Made by a program: the position numbers and the translations under genes
DNA from: Squalus acanthias
Taxonomy: Eukaryota
Direction: 5' to 3'
NCBI GenBank assembly: GCA_030390025.1
Contig: CM059432.1
Location: 58,654,001 to 58,718,000, forward strand
Length of the DNA: 64,000 nucleotides
Notes under the pieces: generated by a model
Seen by the model: the letters and a program-made list of their open reading frames with translations, nothing else
Database searches by the model: none
What the model was told of the DNA's origin: nothing
Shown here: piece by piece, positions 34,303 to 47,534 of the stretch
Position numbering within the stretch: the first letter of the stretch is position 1
Layout of the letters: each line of letters starts with the position of its first letter

Positions 34303-37300
34303 CTAGAGTGAGGTACCAGCCGGCGTCAGATCCAGATCATGATGAGAGGCACCTGGCGAGCCCAGAGATGTGCCTGGTACAATATCATCCCCTGGTGTCC
34401 CTCTATGTTTCGGCGGGCAGGGAGCCAGATCCCGCAATGACACGGTAGATTCCTGACCGTCAGGATACTGAATATAGGCGTAGGTAGGGTTGACATCAGT
34501 GAGCTCAACCTCATCTACCAGGGGATCATTCTTAGATGCCCGGACATATCTTCGGAGTAGCACTGGTCCCGGTGCAGTCAGCCACGACGGGAGAGATATC
34601 CCATAGGATGAGCGACGCTGAAATCGGAAGAACCGTTCATGAGGCGTCGTATTTGTGGCGGTCGAAAGGAGGGACCGTGTGGAGTGTAATGCGTCTGGAA
34701 ATACTGCTTCCCATTGCTGGTTGGGTAGGCCCCGAGATCTCAAAGCCAGACGTACCGCATTCCAGATGATAGCGTTAAAACGCTCGACTTGCCCATTCCC
34801 GACCGGGTGATAAGGCGTCGTTTTGCTGGCAGCAATACCCCGTTCCGAGAGATAGGCCTTGAGTTCTCCTGACATAAAAGAAGGGCCCCGATCCGAATGA
34901 ACATAGGATGCCATGCCACAGAAAGCAAATACCTGCTCAAGGCAGCTGATAACCGTGGTCGTCAGCATATTGGGGCAGGGAAAGGCAAACGGAAAACGGG
35001 AATACTCATCGACCATGGTCAATCGATAAGTGTTGCGAGTTGAAGAGGGCAACGGCCCCTTAAAATCGATGCTAAGCCGTTGCATTGGCTGGGTCGCATG
35101 TATGAGTATACCACCCGAGGGGCGGAAAAACCGAGGTTCCAATTCCGCACAGACTCTGCAGTCCGAGCACATCTTCTTTACATCCCCGGTAGAGAATGGG
35201 AGATTTCGGGACCGCACGAAGTGTAGCATGCGAGTAAAGCCCGGATGACACAACCCATCATGGATGTCTACGAGCGTAGAGGGTGCAATGGCGGAGCAGA
35301 ATGCTCGTGTGAGGGTATCCGGAGCCACATTCTCCTTGCCAGGTCGATAGTGGATGGTGTAACCAAAAGAGGCCAATTCCAGCCGCCAAAGCTGAATTTT
35401 ATTATTTTTAATTTTGGTCCGTTTTCGATTATCGAGCATGAAGGCGACCGATCGCTGGTCCGTGATTAAGGTAAAGTGCTGGCGAGCTAGGAGATGACTC
35501 CACTTCCGTACTGCCTCTATGATGGCTGTAGCTTCTTTCTCGACTGGAGGATAATGTAGCTCAGCCCCTTGAAAAGTCCTGGACAAAAATGCCACCGGAC
35601 GACCTTCCTGATTCAGAGTGGCCGAGGTTGCCACCTCCGAGGCATCACACTCAACGACAAAAGGAAGACTCTCATTGATGGAGTGGAGTCGCTTTCTCCA
35701 ACTGTTTTTTCAGGAGGTTAAAGGCTGCAACAACCGCTGTGTCTAGTGGGAATGTGCTGGCCTTCAGTAGAGGTTGGATTCGGTCCGAGAAGTTAGGAAT
35801 CCATTTAGCATAGTATGCAAACAGGCCGAGGGCCCGGCGCAAGGAGGCCGGATTCTTAGGTGGCGGGAGTTCTTGGAGTGGGCGAAGCCTTTCAGGGTCA
35901 GGTTTAATGATGCCATTGCCCACACAATAGCCAAGGATGTTGATGGTTGGTTGTGACTCAATGGATTTAGCCGCATTTAATGTCAAATTACGGTACTGGA
36001 GTGCGTCCCAAAATCGTTGGAGATTGGCGTCATGTTCCCGCTGATTGTGACCTGCGACAGTAATATTGTCCAGATAAGGAAACGTATCCTTCAAGTCTTC
36101 CTGTTTGACCAGGTCATCCATTGCTCGCTGGAAGACAGCCACTCCATTAGTGACCCCAAAGGGGAGGCGACGAAATTGATACAGCCGTCCATTGGCTTCA
36201 AAGGCCGTATACTGCTTGTCTGAGACCTTCAAGGGTACCTGATGATAGGCACTTTTTAGATCATATGTTGAGAACACCGTGTACTCAGCCAATTTATTAA
36301 CCATATCATCGATGCGCGGCAATGGGTATGCGTCCAAGTCCGTATATTGATTGATGGTCTGTGAGGTTGTAGAGGGTTCTTAACAATAACGACCTGGGCG
36401 CGCCATGGCGACGAACAAGGCTCGATGATATCCTCTGCTAAAAGCCGAGAAATCTCAGCCGCAATAAAAGACTGGTCTTCCTGACTGAAACGTCGTGACT
36501 TTGTTATAATCGGTTTGCATCGAGGAGGGATACTGGAAAACAGTGAGGGTTCATCCAGTGAAGCTGCTGACAATGCACAGAACGGTAATCGAGGTAGTAT
36601 ATTAGAAATAGTGAGTTCAGGTTTGGATCCGCCGAACTCAATGGTGAGCTTCTTATGCTGCTTTTGAAAATCCAGCCCTAAGATAAGATCACTACATAAG
36701 TCCTTGAGCACCGAAAGCCGGGTGGAGGGATACCTGCGACCATTAAGTGTTATTTCAACCATACAAAAGCCAGAAATTCTGGTATTAAGTGATGACTGAG
36801 CCATCGCAACTGCCTGGTCCGATGGGAAAACATGTAGCTTTAACTCTGCAACAATCTGTTCCCTAATGAAACTATCAGTGCTACCTGAGTCAATTAAGGC
36901 ATCTAAAGTATGTCCATTAATTGATGCTTTTGTAGCTGCATGGAATAGGTTCTGAGGACAAGCAGCTGTAATTGGTGTCGTTGCACAAAGAGTGGCTGAA
37001 ACTCTAGGTGTGTTTCTTCGAGAGGAAGCACGATAGATTTTAGCCGGAACATCTTGATAGGCCCTTACCGGGGCAGTTCGGTAGGACTTAGCTTGATAAG
37101 CCCTCGTAGAGGCTCTTGATAGGCAAACCTTTGCAAAATGACCCTTTTTGTTGCAATGACTGCAAAACGCATTGCGAGCAGGGCAGAATTTCCGAGGGTG
37201 GAACTCATCACCACAAAAGAAGCATTTCTTAGATTGCCAAGAGGCTGCCACAGTGGGGTCATCATCCTCTTCATCAGTGAAGTCATCAGATTGATCGTCA

Positions 37301-37897
37301 GGGATAAAGACCTCCCTAATAGAGTTCACCTGTGGCCTCTTAAATTGCCTGACTGTAGTTAAGACAGTAGACCGAGGTCTGGGCACTGTATAAAGGTCTG
37401 CATTTCTTTTTGCCAGATCTAGAGAGCAAGCCATGTCATAAGCTTTCTGAAGCTCAAGTGTCTTACTTTCCAGTAGACGCTGGCGTATAAATGGGGAGGC
37501 AAGCCCGCAGATGAAAGCATCACGGATCATTTCTTCACGGTACAGCTCAGCCGAGGCCGCCCGAAAGTTACAGTCCATACTAAGTCTGCGAAGCTCTTGG
37601 AGGAATCTATCAATGTTGGGCTGTAGCTAGTAGATGTCTGGCATAGACCTCATTCGGTGTCTTAGTATATAGTCTCTTAAGCGTCCGAATTGCCTCCTCA
37701 TAACTGGCCCATTTCTCCACATACTGAAATACATTCGGGGTGACACAGTTGATGAGTATCCGCAACTTTGAGTTATCATCAGCCTTACAATATTCAAGAA
37801 AATTGTCAAACGTGCGATACCAGTGTTTCCACACCTTACCGGCTGCTGGGGTGTTTGGGTCCAAGTCAAGATGCGATGGTTTAAGGATGTTTTCCAT
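34303..37897 (-). pseudogene. Gypsy gag-pol polyprotein, disrupted by short deletions and frameshifts
   Basis: CFFCGDEFHPRKFC and CSHCNKKGHFAKVC; ALIDSGS protease; LPFG and YLDN RT; EKEATAII, TDQ RNase H; HDGLCH..CSDC, SIDFKG, HSDRG, GQVER integrase. Confidence 0.93.
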
Positions 37898-37975
37898 GAT
37901 GGGTGATTCCCTGGATCCTTAGTTCCGAGTTCGTCCAAAAAGTTTGAGTGCGAAGTTTTCCAAAGTTGATTAAAT

Positions 37976-38169
37976 TGGCGTAAGAATGAGCCTTACGCGT
38001 GGTGAACTTAAAGTAAGCTTTAATCAACTAAAAAGGTGCTACATACAAAAGAGGTCTTACTCTATGCTTCTCCAGGATCCAACTGATCAGTCCAGTATTT
38101 ATCCTGGACTAATCACAGGAAGTGATGCAATAAAGTTCGAGTCACAGGAAGCTGTATTGTGTTACCACA
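37976..38169 (-). repeat. 5' LTR
   Basis: Precedes gag on the minus strand; TATA-like ATAAATA (38102-38096) and ATTAAA. Confidence 0.95.
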
Positions 38170-40000
38170 GACCACATCAACTGCACTACCCTCATCCACA
38201 CATCTAGTCACCCCCTCAAAAAATTCAATCAAATTGGTCAGACATGATCTCCCCCTGACAAAGCCATGCTGACTATCCTTGATTAATCCTTGCCTCTCCA
38301 AGTGGAGACTAATTCTGTCCCTCAGAAATTTTTCCAATAATTTCCCTACCACTGATGTTAGGCTCACTGGCCTGTAATTCCCTGGTTTATCCCTACTACC
38401 CTTCTTGAATAATGGTACTACGTTAGCTATTCTCCAGTCCTCTGGCACCTCCCCTGTGGCCAGAGAGGTTCTGAAAATTTGTGTCAGAGCCCCTGCAATC
38501 TCCTCCCTTGCCTCACACAGCAGCCTGGGATACATCTCGTCTGGGCCTGGGGATTTATCCACTTTTAAACCTGCTAAAACCGCTAGTACCTCCTCCCTCT
38601 CAATACTAATTTGTTCAAGTATATCACAATCCCCCTGCCTGATTTCTATGCCTACATCGTCCTTCTCCATAGTGAACACAGATGCAAAATATTCATTTAA
38701 AACCCCACCTACATCTTCCGGCTCTACACACAGATTGCCACTTTGGTCCCTAATGGGCCCTACTCTTTCCCTGGTTATCCTCTTGCCCTTAATATACTTA
38801 TAAAACACCTTGAGATTTTCCTTTATTTTGCCCGCCAGTGTTATTTCATGCCCCCTCTTCGCTCTCCTAATTTCTTTTTTAAGTACCCCCTGGACTTTCT
38901 ATACTCCTCTAGGGCTTCCACTGTTTTTAGTCCTTTGTATCTGCCAAAAGCCTCCCTTTTTTTCCTAATCCATTCTCGTATATCCCTTGACATCCAGGGT
39001 TCCCTGGGCATGTTGGTCCCACCCTTGACCTTTACGGGAGCATGTTGCCGTTGTACTCTCTCTATTTCCTTTCTGAAAGATTCCCACTGCTCTGATGTGG
39101 ATTTTCCTACAAGTAGCTGATCCCATTCCACTTTGGCCAGATCCTGCCTTATCATATTAAAATTGGCCTTCTCCCAATTTAGAACCTTTATTTCCGGTCC
39201 ATCTTTGTCCTTTTCCATGACTACCTGAAATCTCACCGAATTATGGTCACTGTCACCAAAATGCTCTCCTACAGACACTTCTACCACTTGCCCGGCTACA
39301 TTCCCTAGAATTAGGTCCAGTACCGCCCCCTCTCTTGTAGGACTTTCTACATGCTGGCTCAAAAAGCTCTCCTGGATGCACTTTAAGAATTTCGCACCCT
39401 CTAAGCCTTTCACACTCTGACTATCCCAGTTAATATTGGGGAAGTTGAAATCCCCTACTATTATTATCCTATTATTTCTACAGTTCTCTGAGATTTGCCT
39501 ACATATCTGTTCCTCTATCTCACCCTGACTGTTTGGGGGCCTATAGTACACTCCCAGCAAAGTGCTTGCCCACTTTCTGTTTTTAAGTTCTACCCATATG
39601 GCCTCATTAGAGGAACCTGCTAAGATATCATCCCTCCTTACAGCAGTAATTGACTCCTTGATTAATATTGCGACACCCCTCCTCTTTTACAGCCCCCTCT
39701 GTCTCGCCTGAAGTTTCTATACCCCGGAATATTGAGCTGCCAGTTCTGCCCCTCCCTCAACCATGTCTCTGTGATAGCAACAATATCATACTCCCATGTG
39801 TTCATCAACACCTTCAATTCATCTGCCTTACTCGCAAGACTCCTTGCATTAAAATAAATGCCATCCAGCCTTGCCATACTCCCTTGTGCCGTTACATATT
39901 TGCTCTGCCTTCCAGGCTGACTTGTTTTTGCTCTATATTTGGCTGTGCATCACCCCCTACTATAGCTCCACTCCGTATCCCATCCCCCTGCCAAGTTAGT

Positions 40001-40951
40001 TTAAACCCACCCCCCCGCAACAGTACTAGCAAACCTCCCCGCAAGGATGTTGATCCCGTTCCGGTTCAGGTGCAACCCGTCCGACTTGTACAGGTCCCAC
40101 CTTCCCCAGAAACAGACCCAGTGATCCAGGAAACTAAAGCCCTCCCTCCTGCACCAACTCTTTAGCCACACATTCATCTGCTCTATCCTCCTATTCCTAT
40201 ACTCACTAGCACGTGGCTCCGGGAGTAATCCAGAGATTGCAACCTTTGAGGTCCTGCTTTTTAATTTGCTACCTAGCTCCCTAAATTCTTGTTGCAGGAC
40301 CTCATCCCTCTTTCTACCCATGTCATTGGTACCAATGTGAACCACGACCTCTGACTGTTCGCCCTCCCCCTTCAGAATGCTCTGCAGCCGTTCAGTGACA
40401 TCCTTGACCCTGGCACCAGGGAGGCAACATACCATCCTGGAGTCACGTCTGCGACCACAGAAACGTCTATCTGTTCCCCTTACGATAGAATCCCCTATCA
40501 CTATTGCTCTCCCACTCTTTTTCCTCCCCTCCTGTGCAGCTGAGCCAGTCGTAGTGCCACGGACTTGGCTCTTGCTGCATTCCCCTGAGAAACCCTCTCC
40601 CCCATCAGTATCCAAAACGGAAAATCTGTCGGAGAGGGAGATGGACCCAGGGGACTTCTGCACTACCTTCCTAGTTCTTTTACTCTGTCTGGTGGTCACC
40701 CATTCCCTGTCTGCCTGTGCACTCTTTACCTGTGGTGTGACCACCTTGTTAAACGTGCTATCCACGAAGATCTCAGCTTCGCGGATGCTCCACAGTGACT
40801 CCAGCCGCAGCTCCAGCTCCGAAACGCGGATTTCGAGTAGCTGCAGCTGGAGACACTTCCTGCACATGTGTTCGCCCTGGACACCTAAAGTGTCCCTGAC
40901 TTCCAACATAGCACAGGAGGAGCACTCCATGTTGCCGAGCTGCCCTGCCAT
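40001..40951 (-). CDS. CR1 ORF1 protein, 316 aa (zinc finger/leucine zipper + SGNH esterase)
   Basis: CSSC..HMCRKC, LEIRVSELELRLESL, GDSIVRG, HIGTND, DGLHLN; open frame. Confidence 0.93.
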   Translation of the reverse strand: MAGQLGNMECSSCAMLEVRDTLGVQGEHMCRKCLQLQLLEIRVSELELRLESLWSIREAEIFVDSTFNKVVTPQVKSAQADREWVTTRQSKRTRKVVQKSPGSISLSDRFSVLDTDGGEGFSGECSKSQVRGTTTGSAAQEGRKKSGRAIVIGDSIVRGTDRRFCGRRRDSRMVCCLPGARVKDVTERLQSILKGEGEQSEVVVHIGTNDMGRKRDEVLQQEFRELGSKLKSRTSKVAISGLLPEPRASEYRNRRIEQMNVWLKSWCRREGFSFLDHWVCFWGRWDLYKSDGLHLNRNGINILAGRFASTVAGGWV

Positions 40952-41374
40952 GTCCTACCCTTAATTTACTCCCTTTAAATTAAAGAATATTAAATACACT
41001 AGGGACCTTACTTCCCTTTAAACACTACTTACTCCAAACTAGAGACCTTACTTTTACTTTAATGACTAGAATGTAGAAATTATATAATAGTCTAGACGAG
41101 AAATTGCCATAGAGTTATTCACAATGCACAAGGAATCCAGAGGACGAAGAATTGGAGGTGGAGCATGAGGTAACTAAGTAAAGGCTTAGATGCCAGGCCT
41201 GGTTATTGAGCATTCAGATGATGATCTCAGGGTCTTGCCATTAAAACACAAATGCTTGCAGAGCCTCCAAATCATATGAAGGCTCTACAATGATTCACTA
41301 AAGATGTCCGGCAGGTAGCTAGAGTAGAAGCAGAATTCAATGTCATCCTTTGAAACACTATTCAGTGAATTAAA

Positions 41375-44280
41375 TAAATCTGGAATAAAACGCTAGTATT
41401 CATAATCAGACCATGAAACTATCGGATTGTCGTAAAAACCCATCTGGTTCACTAATGTCCTTTAGGGAAGGAATTCTGCTGTCCTTACCTGGTCTGGCCT
41501 ATATGTGACTCCAGACCCACAGCAATGTAGTTGACTCTTAACTGACCTCTGAAATGGCCTAGCAAGCCACTCAGTTGTACCAAACTACTATGGAAAACAA
41601 TAATAAGAATAAAAACGGACAGACCACCCAGCATCGACCTCGGCACCGACTTCGGACACGACAAAGGCACACCCAGCCCAGTCAACCCTGCAAAGTTCTC
41701 CTCACTAACATCTGGGGACTTGTGCCAGAATTGGGAGAGCTGTCCCACAGACTAATCAAGCAACAGCCTGGCATAGTCATACTCACAGAAGCATACCTTT
41801 CAGCCAACGTCCCAGACTCCTCCATCTCCATCCCTGGGTATGTCCTGTCCCACCGGCAGGACAGACGCACCAGAGGAGGTGGCACAGTGGTATACAGGCA
41901 GGAGGGAGAGGCCCTGGGAGTTCTCAACATGGACTCTGGACCTGTGGCAGGTGGTAGAGAGAACCAACACGAAGGAAAAACCTGTCGCAGATGCATCTGT
42001 CCATGACAGTATTGGTAGCAGTGACCACTGCACAGTCCTTGTGGAGACGAAGTCCCATCTTCACACTGAGGACACCCTCCATCGTGTTGTCTGGCACTAC
42101 CACTGTGCTAAATGGGATAGATTCAGAACAGAACTAGCAGCTCAAAACTCGGCATCCATGAGGCACTGTGGGCCATCAGCAGCAGCAGAATTGTATTCCA
42201 CCACACTCTGTAACCTCATGGCCCAGCATATCCCTCACTCTACCATTACCATCAAGCCAGGGGACCAACCCTGGTTCAATGAGGAGTGTAGAAGAGCATG
42301 CCAGGAGCAGCACCAGGCGTACCTAAAAATGAGATGGCAACCTGGGGATGCTGCAACACAGGATTACATGCATGGTAAACAGCAGAAGCACTATGCAATA
42401 GACAGAGCTAAGCAATTCCACAACCAATGGATCAAATCAAAGCTCTGCAGTCCTGCCACATCCAGTCGTGAATGGTGGTGGACAATTAAACAACTAACGA
42501 GAGGAGGAGGCTCCATGAACAGCCCCATCCTCCAATATGGAGGAGCTCAGCAGGTGAGTGCAAAAGACAAGGCTGAAGCGTTTGCAACCGTCTTCAGCCA
42601 GAAGTGTCGAGTGGATGATCCATCACGGCCGCCTCCTGAGGTCCCCACCACCACAGAAGCCAGTGTACAGCCAATTCGATTCACTCCATGTGATATCAAG
42701 AAACAGCTGAGCGCACTGGATACAGCAAAGGATATGGGCCCTGACAACATTCTGGCTATCGTGCTAATGACATGTGCTCCAGAAGTAGCTGCACCTCTAG
42801 TCAAGCTGTTCCAGTACAGCTACAACACTGGCATCTATCCGACAATGTGGAAAACTGCCCAGGTATGTCCTGTCCACAAAAAGCAGGACAAATCCAATCC
42901 GGCCAATTACCACCCCAAAAGTCTACTCTCAGTCATCAGCAAAGTGATGTAAGGTGTCATCGACAGCGCTATCAAGCGGCACTTACTCACCAATAACCTG
43001 CTTACTGATGCCCAGTTTGGGTTCCGCCAAGACCACTCGGCTCCCAACCTCATTACAGCCTTGGTCTAAACATGGACAAAGGAGCTGAATTCCAGAGGTG
43101 AGGTGAGAGTGACTGCCCTTGACATCAAGGCAGCATTTGACCGCGTTTGGCATCAAGGAGCCCTAGTAAAACTGAAGTCAATGGGAATCGGGGCGGAAAA
43201 CTCTCCAATGGCTGGAGTCATACCTAGCAAAAAGGAAGATGGTTGTGGTGGTTGAAGGTCAATCATCACAGCCCCAGGACATCGCTGCAGGAGTTCCTCA
43301 GGGCAGTGTCCTAGGCCCCACCATCTTCAGCTGCTTCATCAATGACCTTCCCTCCAACATAAGGTCAAAAATGGGGATGTTCGCTGATGACTGCACAGTG
43401 TTCAGTGCCATTCACAACTCCTCAGATAATGAAGCAGTCCATGCCCGCATGCAACAAGACCTGGATGACGTTCAGGCTTGGGCTGATAAGTGGCAGGTAA
43501 CTTTCGCACCACACAAGTGTCAGGCAATGACTATCTCCAACAAGCAAGAGTCTAACTACCGCCCCTTGACATTCAACAGCATTACCATCACCGAATCCCC
43601 CATCAACATCCTGGGGGTCACCAGTGACCTGAAACTTAACTGGACCAGCCACATAAATACTGTGGCAACAAGAGCAGGTCAGAGGCTAGGTATTCTGTGG
43701 CGAGTGTCTCACCTCCTGACTCCCCAAAGCCTTTCCACCATCTACAAGGTACAAGTCAGGAATGTGATGGACTACTCTCCACTTGCCTGGATGAGTGCAG
43801 CTCCAACATCACTCAAGAAGCTTGACACCATCCAGGACAAAGCAGCCCGCTTGATTGGCACCCCATTCACCACCTTTAACGTTTACTCCCTCCACCACCG
43901 GCGTACCATGGCTGCAGTGTGTACCATTTACAAGATGCACTGCAGCAACTCGCCAAGGCTTCTTCGGCAGCACCTCCCAAACCTGCGACCTCTTCCACCT
44001 AGAAGGATAAGGGCAGCAGGCGCATGGGAACACCACCACCTGCAAGTTCCACTCCAGGTCACACACCATCCTGACTTCGAAGTATATCGCCGATCCTTCA
44101 TCGTCGCTGGGTCAAAATCCTGGAACTCCCTCCCTAACAGCACTGTGGGAGTACCTTCACCACACGGACTGCAGCGGTTCAAGAAGGTGGTTCACCACCA
44201 TCTTCTCAAGGGTAATTAGGGATGGGCAATAAATGCTGGCCTTACCAGCGATGCCCACATCGCATAAACGAATAAATTTT
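41375..44280 (+). mobile_element. CR1-clade LINE family B, long copy with internal deletion and stops
   Basis: 5' leader, endonuclease (NIWGL..LTEAYL, SDH), RT (GVPQGSVLGP, MFADD), 3' end gaataaa. Confidence 0.92.
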
Positions 44281-44289
44281 TTTAAAAAA

Positions 44290-45707
44290 TACAGCAAAGA
44301 CTATCGCCCTGACAACATCCCAGCTGTCGTGCTGAAGATATGTGCTCCAGAACTAGCCGCCCTCTAGCCAAACTGTCCCAGTACAGCTACAATACTGGCA
44401 TCTACACAACAATGTGGAAAACTGTGCAGGTATGTCCTGTCCACAAAAAGCAGGACAAATCCAATCCAGCCAATTGCCACCCCATTAGTCTACTCTCAAT
44501 CATCAGCAAAGTGAGGCTCCAGACCTCCAAACAGGGACAAAAGAGCTGAATTCCAGAGGTGAGGTGAGAGTGACTACCCTGATATCAAGGCAGCATTTGA
44601 CCGAGTGTGGAATCAAGTAGCCATATAATATTGAAGTCAATGGGAATCAGGGGAAAACTCTCCACTAGCTGGAGTCGTAACTAGCACAAAGGAAGATGGT
44701 TGTGATTGTTGGAGGCTAATCATCACTCCTCCAGGACATCGCTGCAGGAGTTCCTCAGGACAGTGTCCTAGGCCCAACCATCTTCAGCTGCTTCATCAAT
44801 GAGTTTCCCTCCATCATAATGTCAGAAGTGGGGATGTTCGCTGATGATTGCACAGTGTTCAGTTCCATTCGCAACTCCTGAGATAATGAAGTAGTCCATG
44901 CCCGCATGCAGTAAGACCTGGGCGACATTCAGGCTGATAAGCGGCAAGTAACATTTGTGCCACACAAGTGCCAGGCAATGACTATCTCCAACAAGCAAGA
45001 GTCTAACCACCTCTCCTTGACAGTCAATGGCATTGCCATCGCCGAATCCCCCACCATCAACATCCTGGGGGAGTCACCATTGACCAGAAACCTAACTGAA
45101 CCAACCACATATTGTGGTTACAAGAGCAGATCAGAGGCTCGATATTCTGCGACGAGTGTCTCACCTCCTGACTCCCCAAAGCCTTTGCACCATCTACAAG
45201 ACACAAGTGTGATGGAATATTCTCCACTTGCCTGGATGAGTGCAGCTCCAACAACACCCAGGACAAAGCAGCCCGCTTGATTTGCACACCATCCATCACC
45301 TTAAACATTCACTCCCTCCACCACCGGCGTACCGTGGCTGCAGTGTGTACCATCTACAAGATGCACTGCAGCAATTCGCCAAGGCTTCTTCGACAGCACC
45401 TTCCAAACCCGCGACCTCTACCACCTAGAAGGACAAGGGCAGCAGGCGCATGGGAACACCATCACCTCCAAGTTCCCCTCCAAGTCACACACCATCCTGA
45501 CTTGGAAATATATCACCGTTCCTTCATCGTCGCTGGGTCAAAATCCTGGAACTCCCTCCCCAACAGCACTGCGGGAGTACCTTCACCACATGGACTGCAG
45601 CGGTTCAAGAAGGCGGCTCACCACCACCACCTTCTCAAGGGCAATTTGGGATGGGCAATAAATGCTGGTCTTGCCATCGACGCCCACATCCCAGGAACGA
45701 ATAAAAG
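44290..45707 (+). mobile_element. Second, tandem 5'-truncated family B LINE
   Basis: Repeats the 42720-44280 sequence with more decay. Confidence 0.9.
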
Positions 45708-46029
45708 TGGAAACTCTAGAAACATCAGCACAAGTCACACAGAACACATAGTCCTGTTGACACACAACTCCAGTCCATGGACATATTGAGGAATGATCCT
45801 CTGCAGCTATACATCCTGGTGGTTGGATATCTGTCGGATGGTCTGGCTTCCTGGGATACCTGTAGTTTCTCCTGCTGCAATAAATAAATCATAAAATTGG
45901 GAATCCTCAAAGGGAAGCATTTTATAGACTCTCCTTTCATTTTCTTCAAACAAGGAATAATCTTATCATGGGAGATTTCCAAATGAAACTAGGAGCTTCC
46001 AAAATAAAGAGGAAGCTCGAATTTTGAGA

Positions 46030-46400
46030 AAAGGCCAATCGCCTCACGGCCTGTCCTGTCACTCTCCGCAGCCCCGCCCACCAGTGACGCAACAGGAAGT
46101 CCCGCCCCGATCACCGGAAGTGTTTCGCCATCGTTCCGCCAGCTTCCGCGGAATGTTTTAAAACGGAGAGAAAGTTGGAGCGGCTTCGGAATCAGCAGGT
46201 ACAGCGGGCATTGGGCCTGGTTAGGTCACAAGCAGCGATTCTGTTTATTAACCCGGCTTGGTGCTTGTCCAGGCCTGGGCTGACAGTCAATGCGAGTCTC
46301 GGCCTGTCCTGTGTCTGGGGTTCTCTGCACTCGCACTGGGAGGAATCCGGGGAGGAGGAGGGGGTTCAGTGACGCGACTGTCAGGGCGAGGACGGTGGTT
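46030..46400. promoter_or_regulatory. CpG-rich housekeeping-type promoter
   Basis: CCAAT (46035), GC boxes CCCCGCCC and CCCGCCCC, TGACGC half-CRE (46085, 46370), ETS sites CAGGAAGT and CCGGAAGT, YY1-like CGCCAT; not recognisably TE-derived. Confidence 0.7.
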
Positions 46401-46450
46401 TCTGTCATGTTGATTCTTATTGTTGATATTTGTCTCCTTTTGGGTTGTAG

Positions 46451-46550
46451 GGAATGAAGCGGTGCATTAGGAACCCATGAACTAAATCTCCTCGGTGGAA
46501 GTTGGACAGGAGCAGAGGTGCAGGATTGCCAGGGCCCAGGATGCCAGCAG
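46451..46550 (+). other. Candidate exon of an unidentified host gene
   Basis: T-rich tract ending ttgtag, donor cag/gtaaag; ends ATG CCA GCA G; possible upstream donor at 46199. Confidence 0.4.
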
Positions 46551-47534
46551 GTAAAGACAGAAGTAGCTGCACCACTCTCCTGTGCAAGAGTCAAATATTT
46601 AAACAGCTTTCCGTACCCCTGGTGTTGCTTTATCGTGAATGACCGATGACTGGCGTATGTTCAAGGCAATAATACTAAAGGAAGTTGGATAATTGTATAA
46701 ACCAACCTTGCAGTTTACTCGGTTACCTAACCTGCTGTGGTGTTGTCTGAGGTCACTCAGCTAAAAATGTGTATGAGTGTATTTTTAAAAATTCCAGTGC
46801 TTCATCTGTAGCTAGATAGATTGAAGCCTGTAAAACGTTCTTTTTATGTTTGTAATGTATACTTTTGAGTTGATGGGATAATTTGTCTTTGCTCCTTTCC
46901 TTTGTGGTCGATATGTTCTTATAACCTCATTGAAAGATATGAGGTTATAAGAACACATCAACCACAAAGGAAAGGAGCAAATACAAATTATCCCATCAAC
47001 TCAAAAGTATGCATTACAAACATAAAACAGGATGTTATATGCAGCCTTAACATTCCATTCTCTGTCTGTATGCATTTGTATTCATATTGTTCCTGGGTGA
47101 GGATACATTTTTGTTGTATTCTATTGAAAACAATAATTTCCATTTTTAAGTACAGCAGAAATTTAGAATGAAGTTGCTGAAGGTTCTGTATGTGTAGATG
47201 CAGTAAGGCAGTATCTGCCTTGTTCATACTTCATAATTGGCTGTAGTTCACAATACACAACTGCTTTTTAAAAGTTGTTTGAATTGGTTCATTCCTGGCT
47301 GTCCCTCTTGGCATGTTTTTATTAACTTAATATTTTAAACTTAATATACTAGTCTTGACTAAAGTATCAAGTATAATGTGTGATCTGTTTGCTATTGTTA
47401 TTTGATACTTCAACTATATGTGCATGTAAGGATCTGAGTATTGTATCTAGAGATCTTGTAGAAGAAAAGTTATGATAGAAGCATATTTGTTTCAGCTAAG
47501 TTTTGGTCCATTGGTTCTGTTAGAGGAAAAAATT

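Larger units (their letters stand above)
33746..38169 (-). mobile_element. Gypsy/Ty3 LTR retrotransposon (Mag-like Gag with two CCHC knuckles)
   Basis: 194-bp TG..CA LTRs, 5-bp TSD GACCA (33741-33745, 38170-38174), domain order Gag-PR-RT-RNaseH-IN, G10 polypurine tract beside the 3' LTR. Confidence 0.96.
32835..39877 (-). pseudogene. CR1 ORF2 (endonuclease-RT), frameshifted and split by the Gypsy insertion
   Basis: ORFs 39877-39662, 39560-38841, 38808-38170, 33745-32835; GSAVDVV-YMDFSKAF rejoins across the insertion. Confidence 0.93.
31657..41070 (-). mobile_element. Near full-length CR1 LINE interrupted by a Gypsy element and, in its tail, a Harbinger
   Basis: ORF1, endonuclease, RT, 3' UTR and tail pieces at 32564-32570 and 31657-31670. 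Confidence 0.95.
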
